NCBI GenBank assembly: GCA_965112735.1
Contig: OZ218961.1
Location: forward strand, 2,046,001 to 2,110,000
From: Phaeosaccion multiseriatum
Lineage: Eukaryota; Protista; Ochrophyta, other classes
Direction: 5' to 3'
Length of the DNA stretch: 64,000 nt
Shown: positions 27,654 through 40,186 of the stretch, one piece after another
Layout of the letters: every line of letters starts with the position of its first letter
Position numbering within the stretch: the first letter of the stretch is position 1
Position numbers and translations under genes: made by a program
The notes under the pieces: model-generated
Databases searched by the model: none
The model's input: only the letters and a program-made list of their open reading frames with translations
Told to the model about the DNA's origin: nothing

Positions 27654-27883
27654 GTGGGACGACTTTGGTAATGTTATGTAATCTTACATGTACATCGAGG
27701 AGGACAGACTGAGGCTAGACTTTCTCCCTTTTTTTTGTTATTTAACCTTAAAACGAATACATTTAGATTAGAAGGTTTTAAGTTGTGTCAGTTAATTCAA
27801 AGTGAAAATAGCAGTGCGTGGGCTGTTATGGTTTGTAGTTTGTAGCTAAGCGAGAGTCTCCAGGGGCGGGGAAAGTGATGATG

Positions 27884-28017
27884 AAGGGGAAGTGGTTCCT
27901 TCCATGGTGAGAGGGAAGGAGGAGTGGGCAATTTGTGAGCCTCTCTTCAGCGCTGCGGAGGGAGGGGCGCGGTGCTGCTCGACCAAGCACTTCGCAGAGG
28001 GAAAGCGCCAAATCTGG
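27884..28017 (+). repeat. 135-bp direct repeat R, copy 1 of 3
   Basis: AAGGGGAAGTG..GCCTCTCTTCAGCGCTGCGGAGGGAGGG..CTTCGCAGAGGGAAAGCGCCAAATCTGG also occurs at 30061-30198 and 40266-40399. Confidence 0.9.
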
Positions 28018-28120
28018 GTATATTACTATGAAGTAAGACAATAAGCCGCTATCGATGGCACCGTGTGCGAAACTAGGCGGTGCTTTACGCAGGAGGGGCC
28101 GCGCTGTCTGCCCTGGTCAC

Positions 28121-29134
28121 TCAGTCCTCGCAGTCGCAGGGGTGACCATTGGCGTGCACCCACTGCTTCATCTCCTCGAAGGCGGCAAGGGGCATATCCC
28201 ATTGTCTACACCATCCATGACCGCCATATCTGTTTTTCACGACTTGTGGGCATGCCAACCTGTCCCAGGGACACATGACCTCCACCGATCGGAGCCACTT
28301 CAGCACAGAGAGGCTCTTGGCGCAATAAACTGCAGCAAAGCAGACATCTGTATCCCAACTGCACAGCTCCCGTACGTTTGCATGCAGCCACTGCAGCACT
28401 TCCAGATTGCCTTCCTGGGCCGCCCAAAAAGCCCCATCCCTCCACCCGCTCCTGTCATCTGCCGCCTCCATCTCAGCTCTGACCTTCGGATGATGCAAAA
28501 GCATGTCCAACGCTCGAATGTGCCCCGCACTTACAGCCTCCTCCCACATAGTCCATTCAGGAGGGCCCTCAAACTCGTCGGACAGCAGCCACGTAAGAAC
28601 CTCCACATTGCCGCACTTGCCAGCTTCGGCACAAATATAGCTCAGATCCCACGGGCACCGCTCCTTGTCGGGCAGGTCCTCCACTCGCAGCCATTGGAGG
28701 ATGCTCAGTGCGTGCTTTTCATTCCTCACCGCAACCATGCAAACGATCGAACCCCAGGCACACCCCATGCTGTGAAGAGCCTTGCAAATACTCACATCTC
28801 CGTACTGTGCCGCAGCCTCAAAAGTCTTCACACTCAGCGCATATCCGCACTTCCTGGCCCACCTCAAGCGCTCCACAGACTCAACCACACTCCTGATCCG
28901 CGTTGTCTTGGCCGGATGGAGACGTCTGTAGCGGCCCTTCCACTCCTTGCTCACCGCCGATATAAACAAGTCCTGGCCCCCATCAGTCCACTCCATCACA
29001 TTGACGAGAAGCACAGCCTGGGCCAGGGCCTGCTCACAAGCTTCGAATGTTTGAGCATCGCTTCCCTCGCCTCCAGCAAGGGCAGCGGGAACGAGAGAAG
29101 CTGCCACGGCGGCGCTGCAACCTTGCGCCTCCAT
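28121..29134 (-). CDS. Intronless F-box-like plus CPW-type (giant-virus-like) ankyrin-repeat protein, paralog 1
   Basis: Repeats of C(P/S/A)W(D)..C..A...GNLEVLQWL; N-terminal LFISAVSKEWK...SVERLRWAR segment resembles an F-box. ATG at 29134 (MEAQG) is the start shared with paralog 2; the ORF is open further upstream to 29359. Confidence 0.85.
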   Translation of the reverse strand: MEAQGCSAAVAASLVPAALAGGEGSDAQTFEACEQALAQAVLLVNVMEWTDGGQDLFISAVSKEWKGRYRRLHPAKTTRIRSVVESVERLRWARKCGYALSVKTFEAAAQYGDVSICKALHSMGCAWGSIVCMVAVRNEKHALSILQWLRVEDLPDKERCPWDLSYICAEAGKCGNVEVLTWLLSDEFEGPPEWTMWEEAVSAGHIRALDMLLHHPKVRAEMEAADDRSGWRDGAFWAAQEGNLEVLQWLHANVRELCSWDTDVCFAAVYCAKSLSVLKWLRSVEVMCPWDRLACPQVVKNRYGGHGWCRQWDMPLAAFEEMKQWVHANGHPCDCED

Positions 29135-30060
29135 CGAGGAATCGATGGGTGGGGCTGGCTTGAGCCTTTTGCCACCCTGCTTTCGGCTCGGTCCGTCCAT
29201 GTCTTTCGCGGCCCCACTCTGGATGACTGCTTCTTGACACGTATGATGTGCCGCGCGCGGCACGTATCGGGGGGAAGAAGCGCTTTTGCTTTCCTCAGCG
29301 AAGCCTGGTACGACGAGGGAAGGGAAGGGGGAGGGGGGGTGACAGGAGGGAAATGCCACGCAGTGTGAGAAAAAGGCGGCATCGGTACCTCATCTGCTGG
29401 TGGGCCTTTGCCGAGACCCCCCCCGAAGAGCCGAAGAGTGCTGAGGGCATGTTTACTTCGATGGACTCGATCACCATCTCCCAACACGGCCTCGACTGCT
29501 CTAAGCCTCCTCGAGCCTGCATACCTCAGCGCCACGCTCCTACCTGCTGCTTGGTCGAAGAAGGACGAAGGGATAAATATGGAGGGGGAATGAAAAAAAG
29601 AATTGGATCGAAATTGAGCGACATACAGGCAAGTTGGTTGCTCGGAGTCGGCCCTGTGATCAGAGGGCGTTTGGCGGGACGGCCGGCCTTTGGCTGCAGC
29701 CTTGCAGCTCTCTGCCTGGGGGGTATAAGTCACTCTTCCCTCAAGCAGCCCACCTACGACACCCCCTCTTTGTGCTGCACTCTATCTCATGCTGTCTGCG
29801 GCCATTCGTCCCTTCTGTTGTGTTGCTGGCTGTTGTTGTGCAGACACTTGACTTGCTTAAACAAGCCGCAAGTCGACGCAAGGTAGGACACAAAGTTCTT
29901 TTTTTTAGGCCTATCCCTATTCGCTTGGTACACCTCATCGACGCGGAGACTGCTCTGCTATTGGAGGGAAGGGGAAGTGCTTTCTCTCACGGTGGGAGAG
30001 AAGGGGGGAGGGAAAGTGCGCCCGGGAAAGTGCTTCCTTTCACGGTGGGAGGGAAGGGGG

Positions 30061-30198
30061 AAGGGGAAGTGCTTCCTTTCACGGCGGGAGGGAAGTAGGA
30101 GTGGGCTGTGGCTGTGTAAGCCTCTCTTCAGCGCTGCGGAGGGAGGGACGCGGTGCCGCTCGATCAAGCACTTCGCAGAGGGAAAGCGCCAAATCTGG
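30061..30198 (+). repeat. 135-bp direct repeat R, copy 2 of 3, preceded by two extra tandem sub-repeats of its 5' part
   Basis: Matches 27884-28017. AAGTGCTT(C/T)CT(T/C)TCACGG(T/C)GGGAG occurs three times in 29975-30090. Confidence 0.9.
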
Positions 30199-30267
30199 TT
30201 TTAAGGAGGCGATGTGGGCCATTTGGTGCCATCCAAGCTATCGCCCGGGGAGCATCAACGTCTTGCC

Positions 30268-33200
30268 ATGTTGCTCCGGCGCAGTAACGAGCAGGCGCTG
30301 AGAGCTGCGGAGGCCAGGTCAGTTTGCAGTGTCAGTTTGCAGGGTCAGTTTGCAGTGTCAGTTTGGCTCGGGGGAGTTGGAGGAAGTGTCTCCTGTTGGC
30401 ATTGTCAGAGCGAGGCAGGCTTCGAGGTCTTTAGCTTTTCCAAAATAGCATGGATGGCAGGGGCAATGGATGGCAATGGATGGCAGGGGATGGCAATAGA
30501 TGGCAGGGGATGGCAGAGATGACGGAGGACTTGCAGGGGATGGCGAACTGCAAACTGTAGTGACGTGCGAGGCAAGCTCACAAGCAAGCAGTGCTCACTT
30601 CAACCCAGTCCACCTCACCCCACCTCATCCCACCCCACTCCATCTCACCCCACCCCACCCCTACCCCACTCCACCCCACCCCACCCCCCATCCCAAACAC
30701 TTTATATCAAACGATAACATCAACAATACCATCGCCCGTGTGACTCACAGGTACAACAGAGAAGTGCCCAGGAGGAGGCCGCAGAGCACCCACAGTCAAA
30801 GTGGGGGGGGTGGAGGAGGGCAGGAGCACGAGGACACCGGCGAGGGGTCCCCTCCCGTCTGGATGGGGGAGGGAGGAGAAGACAGATACGAGCAGCAAGC
30901 AAGCGTCGGTGATGCAGTTGGTGATACGGCAGCAGCGGCGGCAGCTGAACTCTACCTGCGCTACGGTTTCGGTTCGGCGGAGAGCTTTGACCCCACCCTG
31001 CTCCATCCAGACGAGCTGCTAGCCGCCGCAGATGGGCTGTTGCCTGCTAAGCCTGTTGGTGATACAAAGGCCAGGGCAGTTGGTGGTACGACATCAACAG
31101 CAGGAGCAGCAGCTGGTGATACAGACACAGCAGCAGCAGCAGCAGCAGCAGCAGTAGGTGCTACGCCAGTCGCCAACGCTGGGACCACAGCTCAGCAGGA
31201 TGGGGCAAGATCAAGGCCACGCACACGAGGAGGAGAAGGCCCCAACCCTCCCCCCTCCACTTCCCCTGCCCCTGGTCCTGGTCCTGGTCCTGTTCCTGGT
31301 CCTGGCCCCGATCGGTCCGTCGATCCCGGTGCGCTACGCTCAGCAGGGGCGAGTAGGCGTCCACCTCCCCCGCGCGTATCCACTGCGCCTGCGGCCGGTC
31401 ACACCAGCCATCGCTACTCGTCCAGAGGGTTGTTAAAGGCCACCCGAGAGGCACTTCCGGCCTTTGCGTTGGAGGGGAGGGGGTGGGATTTTGGGATGGC
31501 AGCGGACGGAAGGGGGAGGAGGGCGGTGAGGGGGAGGGACTTTGGTGGGGAGTTTGTGAGTGAGGAAGTGGCGAGGTTCAGCCGACAGGAGAAGGAGGAG
31601 GTGAGAGGATGGAGGGAAGGAGGGGAGGGAAAGGAAAGGGGGATTGTTCAGATTTGGGCTTTCTCTCCTCTTCCCCACTGCCATCCACTGCCATCCACTG
31701 CCATCCACTGCCATCCTGATGCCTCTATTGTGCATATTTGCCCATTCACCTCCCTCTTGCTGCTGCTGTGCTGTATCCCCAACTTGCCTACTATGCGGGG
31801 TATATCCGCAACTGCTCTGACATGTTGTGTATCACCACCTGCTCTGCCTCCTGTCGTCAGCTGTGGCAAGCGTTTCAACAGCACCGCGAGCTCAGCAGCG
31901 TGGACCGAGCGGCCTTGCTGGAGCTGGCCATCGCCACCCATCCACAGCAGTTGGTAATACAGCAGCAGCAGCAGCAGCACCAGCACTCGCTGCCCACAGA
32001 CGGGTCCTCGCTGATACCCCCCGGGGGACAGATTCCCCTGGGGGGGTTAGCCCGGGGGGGTCAGTCGTCCTCCCTGGAGAGCTCGCTCCCCTCCTACCCG
32101 AGCTCGGAAGAGCTTCTCCGGTACCTGCCCAAGGCAAAGGTACGACACCACATGTCGAGGCTATCGATATATAATACCGAGTTCATTGACCATCGAACAT
32201 CGAACATCGATACCCCACTCCAAATTCGCGATCCCCTCCTTCCGCCCCCCTCCCTTCATGCTTGCCCGTCATACACCCCCATCACCTCTCTTAACAATGT
32301 CCCCCACCCTCCCCTCCCTCCCACCCCCTTCTCTTTCCACCCCATACCTCCCCCTTACCACCCTCTCCCTCCCACCGCCCTTTCCATCGTTCAACAGGCG
32401 GACAGGCTTCTCTCTGCACTGCTGAGCAAGCTTGCACAAGATACACTCCCGCCCCCCATTGGACATCCCCCCGGGGTGGAGCAGCAACAGCTGCAGCCGT
32501 TGGTGATACAGCAGCAGCAGCAGCAGTTGGTGATACAGCAGCAGCAAGGCGCGATGGTGATTCCCAACGACCCCACCTCCTCCTCCATTGGGGAGCAAGG
32601 CAGCCAAGTCAGTCAGCGCAGTGGCAGCACAGACGCCGACACGGCCCACTCCCCTCTGGACGGCGCCTCGATTGCCCCCTCCACCGCGTCGACTCGGAAT
32701 CCTTTCTCCTCCTCCTCCTCCTCCTCCGCTGCCGCCGCCACCGCCGCTGCTGCGGGTGCTGCTGGTGCTGATGCTGCTGCTGCCTTAATCCCCTCGGTTT
32801 CAGGCGCCCCTCCCTCTCCCTTCGACTCGCAATCCTCGCAGCTCGACATGTACATGTGTCTACCGTTAGATGTCGGTTCGTTGGAGGAGGGGGGGGAGCA
32901 GGAGGGACGGGGGGGGGATGAGGGGGAGAACTTAGCTGACGGCTCGCAGGTGGGAAGGAGGAGGGGCAGCATGCGCGACGGAAGGCCATCCCGAGGGGGG
33001 TCGGCATCCCCGGGGGGAAGGCAGCAGCTAGCGTCCTCCCCGGGGGAGGCAAAGCCGATGTCGGCATCGATGTCCTATCTACTACCGAGAGGAGGAGGAG
33101 GAGGAGGAGGAGGAGGAGGAGGAGGAGGGAAACGACTGGGCGGCTCTAAGCGGCCACTGCCCGCGGAAGACGGTCTCGACCTTTCGCTTGGGGAGAGGAG

Positions 33201-36200
33201 AGGGAGGGGGCACCCCCGGGGGGCGGACTCCAAGACGTCCAGAAGTGGGTCAGATGGAGCTCGCGCTACTACCGCAGCTGCTACCGGGGCCCGACGCCGG
33301 GGTCATACAGCGGTTGGTGGTACAGCAGCAACAGACTGGGAATTGCGTGGGTCAAGGGAAAGAGGAACAGTCCGGACACCCCGTACCGCGGCAGCAGAGG
33401 CGGCAGTGGCCAGCAGGACGCGACCCAGTACGACACAACAACCCCGACTCGGAGTCACACTTGGCGGTCCGATTGCCCCGGGGGGGAGGGCGGCGACCCA
33501 GGAGGGGGCGGGGGCGGCGGACCTGCTGCTGCTTGCCGCCGCCACTGCTGCTGCCACTGGTGCTGCCACTGGTGCTGCGGCCCCCCTGGGCGGGCTGGCG
33601 CTGAGTGAAGCCGAGCAAACACTCGTGTTAGAGGCCGTTCTAGCTGGGGATGGAGAAGGCAGGGGCTCGGGTTCGGACGTTTCAACCGTTTCAACCGCCA
33701 AGGACAGGGCCAGGAGGAAGAGGGCGGCGGCGGCAGAGAGGTTTGTGCCAACGGATGGGTCGGGGATGCAGAGGCGGAGGAGAGAGGAAGCCGACAGACG
33801 AGAGCAGGGGGCAGAGGCAAGGAGGAAGAGGATCAGAGAGCGCTCAGCAGCGGCAGCAGCGGTGGCGGCGGCTGCGGGGCCTGCCCCTGCTCCTACCAAG
33901 CGCACCAAGGCAGAGGCAGGTTATACTTGCGCTTCGTCTCCTCGTTCTTCGCGTCCTACACCGGGTGAGACTTTGCCTAACCGGAGCAGCGGCCGTGAAG
34001 GGCGGAGGAGGGCTCGAGGAAGAGAACGAGAGCAAGCGCAAGCGCAGGAAGACGTCCTCGCCGCCGAGCCTTCACTGTCCACGGAGAGGGCAGCAGAGGG
34101 CCCCTCCCCCTCCCTGCACACCTCACTGGAGGCTTCCCTCAACGCCTCGCTGGATGCTTCGCTGGACGCCTCGCTCAGTGCCTCGTTGGAGGATAGTGCA
34201 GACGGTCACTCCGCCGGCAGGCTGCCATCCATCGAAGGAGGTGAGTGAGGCAGTGCTTGGTGTCAGGCGATGTCTGGTGATCGATCAAGCAGGGCCTGCT
34301 ATCAGTCAGTCAGTACCTGGTGTCAGTCAGTTCCTGGTGTCAGTCAGTCAGTGCCTGGAGTCAGTCAGTCAGTCCGTCAGAAGGTGGCTTCGTGTGTTAG
34401 GGGAAAGGGTTCGGTCCCAAGGGGGCGATGCTGTGGGGGAGCACCCGATTGAAAACGCCTACTCACTACTCTCTCTCCCTTCCTTCCTTTCTTCCTTCCT
34501 TCCTTCCTTCCTTCCGCCCTTCCTTCCGCCCTTCCGCCCTTCCGCCCTTTCTTCCTCCCGTTCTGCCGTCTTTCTTTCTTTCTTTCTCTCCTTCGCAGCC
34601 GAGTCTGAACAAGAAGCGCAAGACGGAGGAACACGAAGGAAGAGTAGATCCTTGCCCTCCTTGGGGTCGTCCTTAGAGGCGACTGGAGACGACGTTCTAG
34701 ATGAAGAAGGAGAAGGAGACGAAGAAGAAACACGGCGAGGAGGAGGCGGAGGAGGAGGGGGGGGGGAGGATAGTATAGAGAAGAACGAGGAGAAGCAGGA
34801 GGGGGACAAAGGAGGAGAGGAGGAAGAGGTGCAGGAGGAGCAGCAGGAGGAGGAGGACGAGAGGAAGGAGGGGGGGAAGATGCAGCGGTCTCCTACTGCG
34901 GCTCTGTTTGTTATGGACACAGCCGTGGAAGTACTCGCCGATCTGGTGGGATGGGACGAGCTAGGAGAAGGAGGAGGAGGGGGAGGAGGAGGAGGAGGAG
35001 GAGGAGGAGGAGGAGGAGGAGGAGGGGGAGGAGGAGGAGGGGGAGGAGGAGGAGGAGGAGCAGGAGGGCGACGAGGGGAGGGAAGGGGGAGGCGTGGAGG
35101 GGGAGGTAGGGGATCGAGGCGACTACTGGCACAGGCTGGCGACGATGCCGACGATTCGAATGCCTCGGACTCCGAGGCAGAAGAGAAAATGGGGGTTGAA
35201 TGTTTCCGAGGCGGGGTGGGTGGGCAGCACCAAACAGCCCGAGGAGGAGATGGGGAGGCCTCCGTAGGCGGCTCGGTAGGCAGTCTGGGGAGCGAGATGG
35301 ATTGCAGGAGTGGCTTCGGTTTAGGCGGGGGGGGAGGGGGAGGAAGTTACAGAGACAGCAGCGTGATTGACTCGACTGTGGCCAGGCTAAGGGAGGGGGG
35401 AGGAGGTGGAGGGGTGGGAGATAGCCTTATCGACCTGGTCTCGCTCAGTCCTCAGCAACAACATCCATCCGACTTGCCGGGGAGTATTCTGAGTGCACTG
35501 ACGGGAGGAGGAGCAGGAGGAGGAGCAGGAGGAGGAGGAGGAGGAGGAGGAGCAGGAAGAGGAGGAGGAGGAGGAGGAGGAGGAGGAGGAGGAGGAGGAG
35601 GAGGAGGAGGAGGAGGAGGAGGAGGAGGAGGAGGAGGAGGAGGAGGAGGAGGAGGAGGAGGAGGAGGAGGAGGAGGAGGAGGAGGAGGAGGAGGAGGAGG
35701 AGGAGGAGGAAGAGGAGGAGGAGGAGGAGGAGGAGCAGGAAGAGGAGGGGGAGCAGGAGGAGCAGGAGGAGTAGGAGGAGCAAGAGGAAGCTCACCTCCA
35801 AGTCGGGAGGGCAGGAACAGGCGAGCCCGAGGAGGCGGCGGTGGCAAGGCAGGGGTTGGAGCGCCCCCGGGGTCTTCGGGTAAGGGCAAAGCCAAGGGCA
35901 GCAAGGGAGGGGCGAAAGACGCCAACAACGCCAACGCGAGGGGCCGGTCTCTGGGCAGAGGGAAAACGACGCTACCGAAGACCGAGGCACCCGGCAGCAA
36001 GGTGAAGGGACCGGCGAAGAGCGAGGCAGCAGCTGTGGCAGTTGGTACTACAGCGGCAGCAGCAGCAGCAGCAGCAGCAGCTGGGGGGACGGATGGGAGT
36101 AGGCGGCCCAAGTCTCGGGAAGGCCGACCCAAGAGTGGAAAGGACGGGAAGGACACCAAGAGGTCTCGCTCGGCGTCTGCGAAGAAACGCCCGGGCTCCC

Positions 36201-37018
36201 GGGGGGCCGGTGGTGGCTCCAATCGACCACCAGATGGCAGCGGATGGTCAGGTTCTCCGAGTAAGAAGGAGAGCAAAAAGGCCGTGAAGGAGCGGGCGGA
36301 GAGGGAGGCGCGAGACAAGCGAGAGGCAGAGTTGCAGGAGGAGAAGGAGCGGAGACAGAGGGACAAGGAGCAGGCAATGAAGGACAAGGAGAGGGAGAAG
36401 AAGGAGGAGGAGCGGAGGAAGAAGAGGGAGAAGGACGCAGCGAAGCGGGAGCTGGAGGCGAGAAGGAGGGCCCGAGAGCGAGCGGCGATTGACAAGCAGG
36501 AGCTGGCCGACTTGATGAAACCGCCACTCACATTTGTCGACGACGGATTCGACGAGGCGGCGTGGCGCAGGGCGCTCACCAGGGAGGACCGTCTTTCCGA
36601 CTCGGAGCCGGACAATTCCGATTCCGATTCCGTGGATTCCAATGTCGTTTCCCACCCCGCTTCAAAATCGGAACCGCAGCGTCGGTCTCGCGGTGGCGGT
36701 GGTGGTGGTGGTCGGGGGGGGGTGGTGCTCCCCCGGGGGATCAAGGGTAGCAGCAGTAGTCGAGTCCCCGTGCCAGCAGTAGCGTCTGCTTCTTCCCGCT
36801 CCCCATCGCCCGCGCCCCATCCGATAACCACGACTCGGAAGCCTGTGAAGGGTGTGCCGAAGACGGTTTCGGAAACGGTGGATGTGGTGGCGGGGCGTGA
36901 AGTAACCTCCGAGCAGCTCCAGGGCTTGGCGTCGAGCTCCACCCGGGCCCAAGCGGCACAGGCGGCAGCTTCTTCTGCCGCCAGGCGCTCCGGACGGAGA
37001 CTTCTTCGACTCGGAGGA

Positions 37019-37049
<31 letters not shown>

Positions 37050-38116
37050 GAGGGGATGTTGTTCGGACCGTGCGAGAGGCGCGAGCCATGCTGGGCATCA
37101 TGGACGCCGCCTCAGTGGGGTCGGGGTCGGGATTGGGAGGCGATGCCGCTTCAGGCAGCGGTGGTGCTCTTGCTGCTGACGGTGCTGGTGATGCTTCCTC
37201 TCTTCTCTCTTACGGCGACGGTGGTAGCCTAGGAGGAGGAGGAGGAGGAGGAGGAGGGGGGGGAGGTGAGGGGGGTCGGGAGGAGGGTTCGGACAACGGC
37301 TCTTGGAGGATGGGTGCACCTTTCAAGGAGCCGTTGGTGCTCCTGCGCAGGGCGAGGCCACAGGCAGATACGCACCCGTCGGTGCTGCGGGAGAAGGACC
37401 GCCTGGAGAAGGTGTCACAGACTCATTCGCTGTGGGATTCCACGGCGCTGGGCATCCCGGAGGAGGAGAACGAAGGGAGGGCTGAGCTTGCCGAGATGGT
37501 GATGGGCAAGGCTGGCAAGGAAGGGGACGGAGAGAAGGAGGGCGAGGAAGAGGAGGGGGGGGGGCGCGGAGGAGGAGGGGAAGAAGAAGAAGAAGGAGCA
37601 GGAGCAGGAGCAGCAGGAGGAGGAGGAGGGCGAGAAAAGGGAGGAGGAGGTGAAGCGAGAGGAGGAAGTGAAGAAAGAGGAGGAGGAGGAGGAGGAGGAT
37701 GCCGATGACGACGAGGTTGAGGAGGAGGACCATGACGAATCCGACGACGATTGGTCTTCCTCTTCCTCCGAAGACGGCGCCGACAGCCACACAGCGTCGG
37801 ATTCTCTGGACAGGGCCAAACAGGCAGAGAGGAAGGGGCGGGCGTTGCGAAGGAGGCAGCGGAGGGAGTTACGAAAGGACCCGGACGCCAGTATTATCGA
37901 CTTCTCCAAGGAGGGACGGATGGACGCGAGGTTCAAGGGGTTGAGGAGGAGGGAGAAGGAAGCGCGGGCAGCGGCGGCGGCCGGGCAGCTGTCGCAGAGC
38001 CTGAAGAAGCCCTGGGAAGGTGAGTTCGAACTGCAGGAGTTGGTGATACAGCAGCATGAGGGGGGAGGGGGGGGGGGGCGGGGTGATCACTGTACCACAC
38101 ACACACAACCACACGT

Positions 38117-38160
<44 letters not shown>

Positions 38161-40014
38161 CGCGTGTATATCGACGTAGTGATGCCCACCCTCATGTGTC
38201 CATCGTCGAGCCGATGCTGCCTGCCTGTCTGTCACCGTACATGTGTTGCCCTCCTCCCCACATCTGTCCTCCTCTGTTCGCCAACATCATACTGCCACGA
38301 AAGTGCATGTGCCCCTTCCGTGGTAGCTATGCCACCCCTGCTCCTCCTTTCCTTTCCTCTAAGCCCCCGTTGCCCCCTACCCTCATCCTGACACCCTGTG
38401 CTCTGGTGGTGGTATGTCCTGACACTCTGCACGCATGCCCTCAGCCGTGGACTTCCGAGACGGCGTGACGCAAGACATGCTCCGGAGAGCCGCGGGGAAG
38501 CCCTTTGTAAAGGGCCACGGACAGCGCAAGAGGTCGGCACAGGGTAAGTGAGGAAGGAAGGAAGGAAGGAAGGAAGGAAGGAAGCAAGGAAGGAAGGAAG
38601 GAAGGAAGGAAGGAAGGAAGGAAGGAAGGAAGGAAGGAAGGGAGGGAGGGAGGGAAAAAGGCGAACGCTGCGAGGTGGTAGTGGATGGGTGGATGGCAGT
38701 GGATGGGTACCGGCGGTGAGCGGGGCATTGATGGGAGAGGGGTGATGGGTACAAGACGACACATACACATGCGGGGCAACAACACAAAGCGAGGACCGGG
38801 CATCCGTCCTGACCTCTACCCTGACCCTGACCCTGACCCTGACCCTGACCCTGACCCTGCCCCTTGACCCTGACCCTGACCCTGACCCGGACCCTCACCC
38901 TCACCCTCACCCTGACCCTGACCCTGACCCTGACCCTGACCCTGACCCTGACCCTGACCCTGACCCTGACCCTGACCCTGACCCTGACCCTGACCCTGAC
39001 CCTGAACCCGACCGTCACTCTTACTAGACGGTCTGGACGCGAGTGAGCAGCTTATCGTGCCCGGCAGCGACCGTCTCATCAACTACATGGCAGGTGAGTG
39101 AAGCCTGCCTACTAGACGTACTACCTGCGTACTCCTACGTAATAGCGACGTACTGGCTGCTCTCGTGAAAATATGAAAAGGGGGAGGTTTTCCAGCAGCC
39201 TCGCCTTCCGTTGGCTCGGCCTTCCCCTTGTTGGCCTGATTGGAGTGGGTAGGCTCTGATGGTACTTCCGCGTGACTGCAGCTCAGTGCCCGCAAACGCA
39301 TAGAGAACTGTAGCGAGGGAGATGCTGAGCAAAGCAGAGCCGCACCCACTGCCGCCTCATCCACTGCCATCCCCTCCGCTTCCACTGCCATCCCCGTCCA
39401 CTGCCATCCCACCCCATCCCCTCCACCACAGACGTGGGAGAGGTTCGCAAGCAGTTCGAGCGTCTGCGCGAGATCGAAGGGATGGAGCGCAGGGTCGTGG
39501 ACATGGCCAACCGCGAGAGAGAGAGGTCAGTCGGTGTCAGTGTCAGTGTTTGTGCCAAGTGCAATGGCCAGAAAGGTGCTGCTCCATGCCATCGGCGGCT
39601 GGAAGGGATAGGCCTATCCCCATTGGGAGACCTCATCGACGCGGACACTGCTCTGCTACTGTATCACCAACTGCTCTGCAGAGTACAAGGAGCGTCTTCG
39701 CTTGGGCCTGGGCCTTCCCTTGCGTCGGCCTGCCTCTCACCACCTCACCCCACCCCGACCCCGCTCAATCCCACCCTCAAAACCCCAACCAGGTTAAGAT
39801 AGAGGCCCGCAAGGGTGGACTCGCGCTGGCTGCAGAGTCCGAACAGTACGACAAGACCGAGGAGCTCGACGGCCTCGGGAGCGAGGCGCAGCAGCAAGAG
39901 AGGGGCAACCGGTTTAACACCGTTGTTGGGGAGGGAGGGAGGGACTGGGGCAACGAAGACGACGACGAGGAGGAAGAGGACGAGGGGGAGGAGGAGAGCA
40001 CAGATGGCACTTGA
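30268..40014 (+). CDS. Very large low-complexity/coiled-coil hypothetical protein; multi-exon, one apparent frameshift
   Basis: Phase-compatible exons: 30268-30317, 30751-31600, 31861-32139, 32398-34240, 34599-38019, about 38445-38543, 39027-39092, 39432-39525, and a last exon near 39793-40014 whose phase is unresolved. The frame changes at a G10 run near 37555. No recognisable domain. Confidence 0.6.
35505..35790. repeat. Exonic (GGA)n tract encoding a very long poly-Gly run
   Basis: About 285 bp of nearly pure GGA in frame within ORF 33650-37708. Confidence 0.9.
38818..39004. repeat. (CCCTGA)n hexamer array just upstream of a 3' splice site
   Basis: About 30 units ending about 20 nt before the TACTAG acceptor; a degenerate copy lies at 42311-42437. 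Confidence 0.92.
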
Positions 40015-40186
40015 GGGGGGGGGTCGCTACAGATAGTGTCTAGCTGCTGTATAGATAAGGGGGGCAATGGCAGCGAGCGAGGCAGGATTCCGGGGGCAGT
40101 TGATCGGCAGTTGGTTGGACGCGAAGGTTGGAGGAGACTCTTCCCTTCAATGAGTACATGTTAAGATCAGAATAAAAAAATAGTAC

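Larger units (their letters stand above)
27792..29902. repeat. Segmental duplication unit A (about 2.1 kb), paralogous to 40187-42258
   Basis: Near-identical sequence from TTAATT..GAAATAGCAGTGCGTGG to GCAAGGTA..CA..GTTCTTTT in both copies, same orientation. Confidence 0.93.

Noticed and set aside
28018-28027. TATATTAC at the R/ANK junction as a rolling-circle nick site
   Set aside because: No flanking stem-loop, no Rep/HUH gene and no Helitron-type ends; the match is too short.
28055-29368. Long antisense ORFs over both ankyrin genes (28055-29368 and 40433-41701)
   Set aside because: No domain signal; expected shadow of a GC-rich sense gene, and shared simply because the duplication is recent.
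27800-29910. Ankyrin genes as processed retrocopies
   Set aside because: No poly-A remnant at their 3' side and no TSD; the T-run near 29900 is at the 5' side.
37550-37570. Programmed frameshift or pseudogenisation in the big gene
   Set aside because: The frame change coincides with a G10 homopolymer, so a sequencing or assembly indel is the simpler explanation.
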